A DNA stretch of 64,000 bases, from NCBI GenBank assembly GCA_964345005.1, contig CAYFPQ010000001.1, forward strand, positions 38,751-102,750. The letters are read 5' to 3'. The stretch comes from an uncultured Victivallales bacterium (lineage in GTDB: Bacteria; Verrucomicrobiota; Kiritimatiellia; UBA8416; JABMPJ01). A program made the position numbers and the translations under genes. Of this stretch, positions 9,478 to 18,109 are shown piece after piece. Position 1 is the stretch's first letter. Each line of letters opens with the position of its first letter. Under the pieces are notes generated by a model. That model searched no databases and was not told the origin of the DNA. It saw only the letters and a list, made by a program, of their open reading frames with translations.

Positions 9478-9878
9478 CGCTCTCGGATGAAGATCGTGCA
9501 GCCCTTATCTCGCAGCGACTAAGCACTGCTTCAGAGATGCTCGCCGATGCCGAGGTCCTTCTGGAGCGCGGATCTCTGCGAAGCGCCGCCAACCGCGCCT
9601 ACTACTGTGCTTACCACGCCCTCTCTGCACTCGCGATCAGTAATGCCCGGATCACAAAGACACATAGGGGCATCATTGGTTTCTTTCACTCGGAGTTTGT
9701 CTCAAAGGGCGTTTTCGACCGGCGTTTTGGACGTGCTGTCCAGGAGGCCTTTGAGGATCGCACCGAAGCCGATTACGAGGATATGCCGGATCTTGATCCT
9801 GATCAGATTCGGTGCCGACTGTCGGATCTCGGTGATCTTATCGTTCAGATTCGCGAGTACGTATCGGGTCGAGACTGA
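9474..9878 (+). CDS. HEPN domain protein (second module)
   Basis: 134 aa. 'RSAANRAYYCAYHALSALAIS...' matches the HEPN gene at 7993-8409 in architecture. Confidence 0.8.
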   Translation: MTLSDEDRAALISQRLSTASEMLADAEVLLERGSLRSAANRAYYCAYHALSALAISNARITKTHRGIIGFFHSEFVSKGVFDRRFGRAVQEAFEDRTEADYEDMPDLDPDQIRCRLSDLGDLIVQIREYVSGRD

Positions 9879-9934
9879 CATCTGTCTGCTTCCACAAATA
9901 CACACCATTGGAGCTGGTGAGAGGGCTACTTGGT

Positions 9935-12589
9935 ATGCGCAAACGATGCTTTTCGCGGCGGGCTGGAGTCGCAGCGCTTTTCTTGGTGCTGCTGCTCTCT
10001 GTATTCTGGGAGCCGTTGAATGGAGGGCGGTCGCTATACACAGGAGATTCGAATCTCGGCATCATCATGGCTCGGAAGGCCGGGCTGCCTGAACGTTGGT
10101 TCGGCGGTTGGGGAACACATGTGCTGCTCGGAGGTGCGGGCAGCACGCCGCTTACGCTGAGCCGGATGATGCACTGGTGGTTGCCTGCGGAGACATTCAA
10201 CGATCTGTCGTATGGTCTTTGTCTTCTTGTCGGCGCGCTATTGCTTGGGGCGTTTCTTCGGTTGCGGGGTGTTGGGTTTGTCGGAGTATGCCTTGCGGGG
10301 TTGGCAGCTTTCTGGACGGGCTCCAACCTGACGCTTCTCTATCCGGGGCATCTGGAAAAGTTCTTCTGTGTGATGTTGGGGACGGTGGTATTGGTGTGCC
10401 TGGAGAAGCTGGTCCTCACGCGACGGTGGCTGTGGGGGGGGCTGGCTGGTGGGGCTCTGGGCGGGATGTTTCTGGAGCAGCAGGATGTGGCGCTGTTCAT
10501 GGGGATCTTTCTGGGGGCGTATGCGGTGTATGCGATGCTGCGGGAGCAGCGGTTGCAGGAGGGCGGAGGTCAGAAGTCGGAAGTCGGAGGTCTGAGAAGA
10601 TCTGTGCGGTCACTAGGGGCTCTTGCTTTGCGTCTTGGACCGGTGGTGGCGGTGGCATTGTTGCTTGTGGGGCCGATTGTTGGGAAAACGTATCGGACGA
10701 AGGTTACGGAGACGGCTTCGGTTGGTGAAGGCGCCGGTGAGCAGCAGAAATGGGAATTCTGCACGCAGTGGAGTCTGCCGGTCGAGGAGTCACTGGATTT
10801 CATTGCTCCCAATTTCTTCGGGATCAGATCGGGCGCTCCCGCAGGTCCGTATTGGGGGCGGACCGGGCAATCGGCGGGATGGGAGCAGACGAAGCGGGGG
10901 CTGCGTAATCTGCGTACGGAAGGGATCTATATCGGGGTTATCCCGGTAGGGTTGGCGCTGCTCGGGGTGCTGTTGGCTCTGCTGGGTGGAGCAAACGAAG
11001 GCAATGAGAACACCGAACAGCCAACAAGGAACACCCAACTCCCAACGAACGGAAGAAGATGGGATGCGATCTTCTGGGGGGTAGTGGCGCTGGTGACGTT
11101 GCTGCTGTCGTATGGAAAGTTTGCGCCTTTCTATCGGTGGTTCTGGCAATTGCCGATGGTGCATCCGATTCGGAATCCCAACAAGCACCTGCACATGTTC
11201 CAGATTGCCATCGGCGTTCTTGCAGCGTTTGGTGTGGACGGTTTGCTGCGGGGGCAGTGGGCTGAGACAAGGCGTGGACGAGCGATCGTTTGGTGTGGTG
11301 CCGGGCTGTTTGTCTTGGCTGCCGTCGGGATGTTCATTGGCAGCGGGTTTACTCAAGGAACGAGTGGCGCTCTGGTGCAGGGGTTTATGAAGAACGGCTG
11401 GGGGCAGGCTGCTCCGGTGATCGTGCAGAACATGATTCGGGCGCTGGTGCATGGCGGGTGGATGGCGGTACTTGGATGTACTTGTGTTGCAGGGGTGGTG
11501 CTGGGAAGGATGGGAATGTTCTCGCGCAGAGGCGCGGAGGCGCAGAGAGGGAAATGGATCGGTGTTGGATGTGTTTGCGCCTTGGCCGTGGCGGTTGCAG
11601 CGGATTGCGTGTGGTATTCGCGTGATTACGTTAAGACGGTGGATGCCGATGCGGTTGTGGGTGAAAATGCGGTGACAGAGTACCTGAAGGAGAACCTTGG
11701 CTCACAGCGGGTGTTGTTCTTCTCTCAGTCGGGGTTCTACAACCAGTGGCTCTCAACGCTCTTTCGTGCGCATCTGATACCGTCACTTAACGCACCTTCA
11801 ATGGAAAGGCTGAGCAAGCAGTATCAGGAGTTTCTCGACACTGTGGGCAAGAATCCGCTTCGGCTTTGGGAGCTTGCAGGGATTCGGTATGCACTGGGGC
11901 CGGTGCAGGTCTGGTCGCAGATTCAAGGGCAGCCTGAATGGAAAGAGGCCTTTGAGCCAGTCATGGGGTTCAATGTCTTTCAGCGAAAGGGCGGCGTGGG
12001 TGTTGAGCCTGTGAGATCCGGACAGACGCCGCAGCATTTGGTTCTTAAGTACAAGCGGGGGATGGACAGGTATACCCTGGTGCCGTCTTGGCGGAGTGTG
12101 CCTGATGATATGGCTTGTGCAGAATTGGTGAAGGCGGGGTTTGATCCGCACACAGAGGCTTTGATGTCACCGACGTTTGCTCAAGAAATACCTGTTGGCG
12201 ATGCGACATCGCCCCCAGGGCGTGTAGATATTCTGAAGGAGACAGTTTCGTCGATGCGTGTCAAAACGCGGGCGCAAGGCGCACAGCTGATGGTTGTCAG
12301 TCAGCTCTATGATCAGGACTTCTGGGCAACTGTGGATGGTCAACCGGTACCAGTGGTGCGCTGTAATTTCTTGTGTCTGGGTGTTCCTGTTCCGGACGGC
12401 GAACATGATGTGGTTATTCGGTACCGCCCAAGTCTAGCGGGTTTCTTCGTCCAAGTGACTGGGGTGCTGGCTGTATTGGGGGCGGCGGTGGGCTTGGTGT
12501 TGTCAAGGAGGCCCCTCCGTCGCGCTGTGCGCTATGGAGGGCAAGCGGAGGCCGGAGGCCCGAGGTCGGAAGTCGAAGCAGAGAAGTGA
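9935..12589 (+). CDS. large polytopic membrane protein (YfhO-like / GT-C-like); function uncertain
   Basis: 884 aa with many hydrophobic segments and a large C-terminal soluble domain. Start set at ATG 9935; the track's TTG at 9908 gives an extension encoded by inserted DNA. Contains in-frame heptamer-repeat-derived segments at 10563-10596 (GGQKSEVGG), at ~10990-11050, and at the C-terminus (PRSEVEAEK*). Confidence 0.65.
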   Translation: MRKRCFSRRAGVAALFLVLLLSVFWEPLNGGRSLYTGDSNLGIIMARKAGLPERWFGGWGTHVLLGGAGSTPLTLSRMMHWWLPAETFNDLSYGLCLLVGALLLGAFLRLRGVGFVGVCLAGLAAFWTGSNLTLLYPGHLEKFFCVMLGTVVLVCLEKLVLTRRWLWGGLAGGALGGMFLEQQDVALFMGIFLGAYAVYAMLREQRLQEGGGQKSEVGGLRRSVRSLGALALRLGPVVAVALLLVGPIVGKTYRTKVTETASVGEGAGEQQKWEFCTQWSLPVEESLDFIAPNFFGIRSGAPAGPYWGRTGQSAGWEQTKRGLRNLRTEGIYIGVIPVGLALLGVLLALLGGANEGNENTEQPTRNTQLPTNGRRWDAIFWGVVALVTLLLSYGKFAPFYRWFWQLPMVHPIRNPNKHLHMFQIAIGVLAAFGVDGLLRGQWAETRRGRAIVWCGAGLFVLAAVGMFIGSGFTQGTSGALVQGFMKNGWGQAAPVIVQNMIRALVHGGWMAVLGCTCVAGVVLGRMGMFSRRGAEAQRGKWIGVGCVCALAVAVAADCVWYSRDYVKTVDADAVVGENAVTEYLKENLGSQRVLFFSQSGFYNQWLSTLFRAHLIPSLNAPSMERLSKQYQEFLDTVGKNPLRLWELAGIRYALGPVQVWSQIQGQPEWKEAFEPVMGFNVFQRKGGVGVEPVRSGQTPQHLVLKYKRGMDRYTLVPSWRSVPDDMACAELVKAGFDPHTEALMSPTFAQEIPVGDATSPPGRVDILKETVSSMRVKTRAQGAQLMVVSQLYDQDFWATVDGQPVPVVRCNFLCLGVPVPDGEHDVVIRYRPSLAGFFVQVTGVLAVLGAAVGLVLSRRPLRRAVRYGGQAEAGGPRSEVEAEK
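10563..10596. repeat. in-frame heptanucleotide tandem array (GGAGGTC AGAAGTC GGAAGTC GGAGGTC) inside a CDS
   Basis: Same GGAAGTC-type units as at 29384-29420, 29694-29721, 25419-25475 and 12546-12590. Confidence 0.7.
10990..11050. repeat. in-frame copy of the MITE-arm-like 7-nt-unit motif (gaacacc gaacagc caacaag gaacacc caactcc caacgaa)
   Basis: Shares the core CCAACAAGGAA with the MITE arms at 14900-14930 and with 35153-35189. Encodes 'NENTEQPTRNTQLPTNG'. Confidence 0.5.
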
Positions 12590-12700
12590 TATCTCGCGCC
12601 CTCCTTCGCACGAGGCTACGAAGGGCATACCACAACGCTGAGGCGCAAAGCAGGGAATAGGGACTGTGGGGCGGAAGTCCGAAAGCGGAAATCGGAGCCA
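12541..12700. repeat. composite dispersed repeat (heptamer array + CTCGCGCCCTCCTTCGCACGAGGCTACGAAGG motif + second heptamer array 12671-12700)
   Basis: Homologous to 8941-9060. The first 49 nt form the last codons and stop of the membrane-protein gene. Confidence 0.6.
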
Positions 12701-12732
12701 ACAGACGATCCTCCACCATCCCTTATTCGTCC

Positions 12733-13914
12733 TTGAAAAATGAAAGCCAAGCGTTCAATATTCAAGAAATGAAGGTTCGTAGAGACAGGTTGGAGTCGGC
12801 GGTTCGTGATGCGCTCAGGCGAGGGCGCTGCGTGGGACTCTCGGGTCCGCGACAGTGCGGCAAGAGCACGCTGGCAAGAGATATCGCGAGCCTGGAGTCG
12901 GCGGCTGCCTACTTCGACCTGGAAGACCCTGCGTCGGAAGCACGCCTGCAAGATCCAAAGCTAGCGCTACAGTCACTCCGGGGGCTGGTTGTTATCGATG
13001 AGATCCAGAGGCGCCCCGACCTGTTCCCGCTGCTGCGCGTGTTGCTGGATCGTGACCCGCTGCCAGCCAAGTTCCTTCTTCTGGGCAGTGCGTCACCGGA
13101 GCTGCTCCGAGGGGCATCGGAGAGCTTGGCGGGTCGGATCGAGTTCATCTCAATGAGTGGCTTCACACTGGACGAGACAGGAGATGACACCGCACGTCGG
13201 CTCTGGCAACGGGGTCGCTTCCCTCTGTCGTATCTGGCGTCAAATGACCATGACAGTATGAAATGGCGGTCAGCCTTCGTTCAGTCGTTCGTCGAGCGCG
13301 ATCTCAGACTTCTGGGGGTGGATCTGCCCCCCATGAGTGTACGGCGCCTGCTGACTATGCTTGCCCATTACCATGGCCAAACCTGGAATGCCTCAGAGAT
13401 AGGGAGAGCTCTTCAGCTATCGCACATGACCGTCAAGCGTTACCTGGACCTCCTCACCGGAGCCCTGCTTGTCAGACAGCTGCCTCCCTGGTTTGAGAAC
13501 GTGGGAAAGCGTGCAGTGAAGTCGGCAAAAGTCTACCTCAGAGACAGCGGGATATTGCACAGTCTCCTAGGGCTCGAGCAAATGGAAGATATGGAGAGCC
13601 ATCCCAAGCTCGGCGCTTCATGGGAGGGCTTTGCGCTTGAGATGCTCTTGGCGTGGAAGGGGGATGACAACGCGTTTTTCTGGGGGACACATGGTGGCGC
13701 CGAACTGGACCTCTGTTGGATGACCGGCAAGGAGCGCGTGGGGGTTGAGCTCAAGTACACAAGTCGTCCGGCTGTTACTCGCTCCATGCACATCGCCTTG
13801 GCGGACCTGAGACTCGATCATCTTTACGTCGTGCATCCCGGAACAGAGGACTATCCGCTCGCCGATCGGGTAACGGCAGCCAGTCTGGCAGCTATGCGTG
13901 GTATTTTGGGGTAG
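12733..13914 (+). CDS. ATP-binding protein, AAA_14 + DUF4143 family
   Basis: Walker A 'GPRQCGKST', Walker B 'VVIDEIQ', C-terminal '...VYLRDSGILHSLLG...' DUF4143 signature. About 50% identical to the paralogue at 16918-18084. Confidence 0.85.
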   Translation: MKNESQAFNIQEMKVRRDRLESAVRDALRRGRCVGLSGPRQCGKSTLARDIASLESAAAYFDLEDPASEARLQDPKLALQSLRGLVVIDEIQRRPDLFPLLRVLLDRDPLPAKFLLLGSASPELLRGASESLAGRIEFISMSGFTLDETGDDTARRLWQRGRFPLSYLASNDHDSMKWRSAFVQSFVERDLRLLGVDLPPMSVRRLLTMLAHYHGQTWNASEIGRALQLSHMTVKRYLDLLTGALLVRQLPPWFENVGKRAVKSAKVYLRDSGILHSLLGLEQMEDMESHPKLGASWEGFALEMLLAWKGDDNAFFWGTHGGAELDLCWMTGKERVGVELKYTSRPAVTRSMHIALADLRLDHLYVVHPGTEDYPLADRVTAASLAAMRGILG

Positions 13915-14252
13915 CTGACGATGCAAGAACTATGTGCGACACGATGACGCAAGTAGTCACCAACTGTCACAAATCTGAAGTCCCACTTTAGATCTGTCAT
14001 GGAGATGTACACAGAGCGCCGCGCGGGACGAACGCCCCGACTGTCGTAGGCGAGGCGGCCTCGCGGCTCAGGAATAGCTCGCCCCAGCTCTGAGGCCGTC
14101 TGAATCCACTCGTCAATGACGGTCTCTGCGTTGGCAAGCGCCTCATGGTATGTGCTGCCGTCAGCCATACAACCAGGGAGTTCGGGCACTTCAGCAACGA
14201 ACGCTTGATCCTCGTCGCTCCAGAAAATGATAATTTCATATCGGCTGGTCAT
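13851..14252 (-). CDS. hicB: HicB-family antitoxin (UPF0150 / RNase-H-like fold)
   Basis: N-terminus 'YEIIIFWSDEDQAFVAEVPELPGCMADGSTYHEALANAETVIDEWI' is canonical HicB. The ORF runs 133 aa and overlaps the 3' end of the ATPase gene, so the functional core may be shorter. Confidence 0.7.
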   Translation of the reverse strand: MTSRYEIIIFWSDEDQAFVAEVPELPGCMADGSTYHEALANAETVIDEWIQTASELGRAIPEPRGRLAYDSRGVRPARRSVYISMTDLKWDFRFVTVGDYLRHRVAHSSCIVSYPKIPRIAARLAAVTRSASG

Positions 14253-14254
14253 CG

Positions 14255-14400
14255 TTATTCCTCCAGATGGAGTCCATACTTCAGTATGATACCACGAATC
14301 TGTTTCACTTGGTATGGTTTTGCTTTGCTGTGTTTCGGTTTATGCCATGGTGGCGTCCAGGCTTGTGGCGGCCTCTGTTGGACGAGCGAGTCATTCTCGC
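14255..14400 (-). pseudogene. decayed HicA-like toxin remnant immediately upstream of hicB
   Basis: Minus-strand translation ends '...WHKPKHSKAKPYQVKQIRGIILKYGLHLEE*', aligning with the HicA C-terminal 'HPKKDIPIGTLKSILKQAGL' region. No start codon is present and the N-terminal half is degenerate, with a stop at 14471. Confidence 0.4.
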
Positions 14401-14480
14401 CGTCGCAGACCGAGAGCGGGAGGATTAATGTGTAGAAGCAAGTGCAGAAGTATGGCTGCTGTCCGTACTCTTACATACTC

Positions 14481-15201
14481 TTACACGTTGATCCTCTTTC
14501 TTTGGCCGACGTACTGTAGCTCATCGAGAAACATGACGAGTGCTGTGCCTGCTGCCGCCGCAGCCGTGCCGGCAGCTTGCAGGAGATCCTGTAGGTCATG
14601 TTCCAGATCGCCGTTGTCGGCGAGGCCCGGCTCTGGGGCGAGGTCCAGTCCCACTTCCAGATCCTGGTACTTGACCTTCAGTGCTTGTGCGAATCCAGCC
14701 AAGGCACGCAGCCCTCGCTGCGCCATGTCTCTGGCCTGTGCATGCTTGGAGAGTTTGATGAGCGCGATGCGCAGTTCAGGCGCCAGAAGGGCCGGTAACG
14801 AGCGGTTTTCCGGCGCTTCGGCCCGGATCCATGGCTGCAAGCTAGACCCTGTCCGAAAAGGGTTGGGACATCAGAAAGGGCGAATGACGGAGAGAATATC
14901 CAATATCCAACAAGGAATCTCCAATATCCAAGGTAAGACTTCGGTCGATACCGACGGAAACCGCGGAAGGTAGCGTGAAGTCCGGCAGAAGTTCCCCCCC
15001 TTGTAAATTGGATTTGAGTGTTGGCTGTTGGATATTGAGATTCCAAAGAGCGCAGATACCTTTTCGGACGACGTCTAGATAGTCGGGGTTGACGATGTGA
15101 TATAGAGGAATCTGTCGGGAGAGTTGCGCTACCAGTGTTGTCTTGCCAGACCCGTTTGGCCCGGCAAAAACTCTCAACCCAGGTATGCGCTCCGTTGTCA
15201 C
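14481..15201 (-). pseudogene. P-loop NTPase (ABC/RecF-type Walker A 'FAGPNGSGKTTL'; AAA_21-like) interrupted by a MITE insertion
   Basis: N-terminal 41 codons (15201-15079) carry the Walker A motif. The reading frame then enters MITE sequence. The C-terminal part resumes at 14840 and ends '...VMFLDELQYV...', a Walker B-like motif. Confidence 0.55.
14842..15078. mobile_element. MITE-like element, copy 1 (~237 bp; TIRs CTAGACCCTGTCCGAAAAGG / CCTTTTCGGACGACGTCTAG; arms built of 7-nt units)
   Basis: Near-identical to 36667-36908. Terminal inverted repeats of ~20 bp. Internal arms 'gaatatc caatatc caacaag gaatctc caatatc' and their complement. The track's spurious ORFs 'MESQYP(T/I)ANTQIQF...' occur in both copies. 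Confidence 0.8.
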
Positions 15202-15401
15202 CGGGGGATCTTGTAGGTGGGCTTTTTCGGTCTGACGTAGGCCTTCTCCAGTTCCATGACGGTTTCTTCGTGTCCTTCGGGCGAGCGCCGAATAATGCGT
15301 TTGCCTCGCTTGAAAGTCACGCTGAGCCCTCGTGCATATGCGTCACGTACGGCTGCGCGTGACGCTGTCTTGAATGCCTTGGCTATCTGTTGGCCTGTCA
15401 T
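15198..15401 (-). CDS. small basic protein (67 aa), translationally coupled (ATGA overlap) to the downstream P-loop NTPase; possible antitoxin-like partner
   Basis: The ORF ends 4 nt inside the ATPase start. No recognisable family. Confidence 0.35.
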   Translation of the reverse strand: MTGQQIAKAFKTASRAAVRDAYARGLSVTFKRGKRIIRRSPEGHEETVMELEKAYVRPKKPTYKIPR

Positions 15402-15652
15402 GAAGTGAACCTTAACATCGCGCTATGAGGGGTAAAGATGAAAGTGGTGTGGATTCATGTGCGAACGCCATGGGGCTTGCCTTTCGATAGCGACTGCGAT
15501 TCCTGCGATTCCGATTCCAACGAAACCGCTGGATCATACGAAGTCACTCTGCATCCTGACGAGAGTAGGCCGACCTTGTGTTTTCGAAATGCCAAAGAAA
15601 CGGAAATAACTGTGTTGCCTGTTTGCGTCTCTTATGATAGGGTGCTCCTGCG

Positions 15653-16801
15653 ATGAACGGAAGGCAACAGGGCTCGGGGAGAACGGTCATATGTCCTGGT
15701 GGTTACGAAGCGTACGTGCCGGATCCCCTTCCTCCTGAGATCGAACTCACTCCAGCCCTCCTTCGCTCGCTCTCCGATGCAGACCGCCTGCTGGGGAAGC
15801 TGGCCGGCGAGGGACGGGCGCTACGGAACCCGCATCTGCTTATGCGCCCCTTCATCAAGCAGGAGGCCGTTCTCTCAAGCCGCATTGAGGGTACGCAAGC
15901 CACACTTGGAGAGCTTCTGGCTTCCGATGCGGGGGCAACAGTGAGCAGGAGTCCTGCCGATTTGCGGGAAGTGGCGAATTACGTCACGGCCCTTGAATAT
16001 GGCATAGGCCGTCTATCTTCGCTCCCCCTGTCGCTCAGGCTTGTTGCCGAGCTTCACGGGAAACTGATGCAGGGCGTCCGAGGCGAGCAGATGACGCCGG
16101 GTGAATTCCGTCGCAGTCAGAACTGGATTGGGCCTCCGGGCTGCACGCTTCAAAATGCATCATACGTTCCGCCGCCCGTCGCGGAACTGATGTCGTGTCT
16201 GAGCGACTGGGAGACGTTCCTGCACGACCGCTCGCTCCCACCGCTGATCCAGGCGGCTCTCATGCACAGTCAGTTTGAGGCCATACACCCCTTTCTGGAT
16301 GGCAATGGTCGCGTTGGCCGGTTGTTGATCACGCTTTTCCTCGTGGAGCGGGATATTCTTCCAACGCCGCTTCTGTATCTTAGCGCTTTCTTCGAGGTCA
16401 CGCGTCGCGATTACTACGATCGACTCAATGGGGTCACCAGCAATGCAGCCTGGGAGCAATGGATTGAGTATTTCCTGAACGGCGTTGCCCGGATGTCTGA
16501 AGATGTCCTAGTGCGGGCCGAAAGAATCAACAACCTGTTCGAAGCATGGCGGAACCTGGCAGCGGGAAAGAGCAAGACCGCGCTGGAGATTCTTCACCTG
16601 CTGGAAGAGAATCCGTATTGCACGATCACAAAGACGGCAGAGAAGCTCGGAGTAGCCTTTACCACGGCTCAGCGTGGCATCGATCGCCTGGCAGCACTTG
16701 GGGTGCTGGAGCCGGTCGACGACGCAAGGCGGAATCGCGTTTTCTCTGCCCGGGAAGTCATGGATATACTGGATGCGCCTCCGGCTTTCGTTACGGCCTG
16801 A
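15653..16801 (+). CDS. Fic/Doc family protein (class II, with N-terminal inhibitory SxxxEG helix and C-terminal wHTH)
   Basis: Fic motif 'HPFLDGNGRVGR'. Inhibitory motif 'SSRIEG' upstream in the same polypeptide. 382 aa. Confidence 0.9.
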   Translation: MNGRQQGSGRTVICPGGYEAYVPDPLPPEIELTPALLRSLSDADRLLGKLAGEGRALRNPHLLMRPFIKQEAVLSSRIEGTQATLGELLASDAGATVSRSPADLREVANYVTALEYGIGRLSSLPLSLRLVAELHGKLMQGVRGEQMTPGEFRRSQNWIGPPGCTLQNASYVPPPVAELMSCLSDWETFLHDRSLPPLIQAALMHSQFEAIHPFLDGNGRVGRLLITLFLVERDILPTPLLYLSAFFEVTRRDYYDRLNGVTSNAAWEQWIEYFLNGVARMSEDVLVRAERINNLFEAWRNLAAGKSKTALEILHLLEENPYCTITKTAEKLGVAFTTAQRGIDRLAALGVLEPVDDARRNRVFSAREVMDILDAPPAFVTA

Positions 16802-16917
16802 ACGGGCGGATGTATCAGGAGACAACGATGCCGGCACTGCGGAAAAGAACTCAAATGGGTTGACGGGGCTCTTTGATGTGTTATTATCCATGTAAATAGA
16901 TTCAGGTAGAGCAAGAT

Positions 16918-18084
16918 ATGCATGGATATATAAGAAGAAGCGCTGAATCTGAGGTGTTGTCGGCTCTGGCACGATCACCTGCTGTAGCCATACTTGGGCC
17001 GAGGCAGTGTGGAAAATCCACGCTCGCAGAGCATATGTTGCGTGGAAGAGACGCCGTAAGTCTCGACCTACAGTCACGGCAGGACCTCGCCAAACTGGCG
17101 GAGCCCGAACTCTTCTTGGAGCAGCATCGGAGTCGCACGGTCTGCCTCGACGAGATTCAAAGACTCCCGGATTTCTTCACTATTCTGCGTTCTGAAATTG
17201 ATCGTGATCGTCGTCCGGGACGGTTTCTGATTCTTGGCTCTGCTTCCCGTGACCTGATCCGTCAGTCCAGCGAGACGTTGGCAGGCCGCATCGCGTATGT
17301 TCCGCTCACTCCGTTTCTGCTCCCCGAAGTGTCTTCCCGCGGCCCACTGTGGGACTTGTGGAGCCGAGGCGGTTTTCCTGAGAGTCTTCTGGCCTCGGAC
17401 GATGTGCAGAGTGCCGCCTGGCGGCGTGATTTCACGCAGACATTTCTGGAACGGGACATACCGGCCCTCGGGTTTTCGATACCGATGCCTGTCATGGATA
17501 GGCTCTGGCGACTACTTGCACACTACCATGGTCAGACGGCGAATTTCAGCAAGCTTGCCGAAGCAGCCGACATTTCCGTGCAGTCACTGCGTAAGTACCT
17601 GGCGCTTCTGGAGCAGACCTACATGTTGCGCATGTTGCCCCCCTACGAGGCGAATCTGAAGAAGCGCCTCGTGAAGGCGCCAAAACTGTACGTTAGAGAC
17701 AGCGGCGTCTTGCATTCCCTGTTGGAGATAGAGTCCTATGACCGTCTTCTTGGTCATAGCGTTGTGGGGGCATCCTGGGAGGGGTTTGCCTTGGAAAACA
17801 TCGTAGCTGGCCATCCGCTCTGGCGTTCTTCGTTTGTCAGGACGTCAAATGGCGCTGAGGTCGATCTGCTATTGGAGAGAGGGGGGATACGAAAGCTCTA
17901 CGAATTCAAGGCGTCCAAGGCGCCCAAACCTTCACGCGGTTTCCACCAACTGGTTCATGACCTCCTGCCTCAGTCTGCCGCCATTGTTGCGCCTGTCGAT
18001 GAGTCGTTTGCTATCGGGAAGGGCGTCCATGTTCTTACGTTGCTTGATGCGGTCGAAGGGCGCCGCGTGGGGCAGAGAGCTTGA
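16918..18084 (+). CDS. ATP-binding protein, AAA_14 + DUF4143 family (paralogue of 12733-13914)
   Basis: 'GPRQCGKST' ... 'VCLDEIQ' ... 'LYVRDSGVLHSLLE'. 388 aa. Confidence 0.85.
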   Translation: MHGYIRRSAESEVLSALARSPAVAILGPRQCGKSTLAEHMLRGRDAVSLDLQSRQDLAKLAEPELFLEQHRSRTVCLDEIQRLPDFFTILRSEIDRDRRPGRFLILGSASRDLIRQSSETLAGRIAYVPLTPFLLPEVSSRGPLWDLWSRGGFPESLLASDDVQSAAWRRDFTQTFLERDIPALGFSIPMPVMDRLWRLLAHYHGQTANFSKLAEAADISVQSLRKYLALLEQTYMLRMLPPYEANLKKRLVKAPKLYVRDSGVLHSLLEIESYDRLLGHSVVGASWEGFALENIVAGHPLWRSSFVRTSNGAEVDLLLERGGIRKLYEFKASKAPKPSRGFHQLVHDLLPQSAAIVAPVDESFAIGKGVHVLTLLDAVEGRRVGQRA

Positions 18085-18109
18085 CTGGGGTCATGGAGAA
18101 CGGAGTAAC

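Noticed and set aside
9547-12151. Multiple long antisense or alternative-frame ORFs (e.g. 9547-10092, 10790-11452, 31616-32869, 38559-39698, 42140-43363, 56274-58151, 59657-60889)
   Set aside because: They overlap well-supported genes (HEPN, membrane protein, fabH, glmM, glmS, debranching enzyme, glgP) on the opposite strand or in another frame. Long spurious ORFs of this kind are expected in DNA of ~60% GC.
14678-15046. ORFs 'MESQYP(T/I)ANTQIQFTRGG…' (also 36360-36875) predicted inside both MITE copies
   Set aside because: They lie entirely within non-coding repeat DNA (the MITE) on the antisense strand. Their conservation reflects repeat identity, not selection on a protein.
15438-15656. 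72-aa ORF overlapping the Fic start, considered as a FicA/VbhA-type antitoxin
   Set aside because: The Fic protein already carries its own N-terminal inhibitory SxxxEG helix (class II), so no separate antitoxin is expected. The ORF is low-complexity (DSDCDSCDSDS) with no family resemblance.
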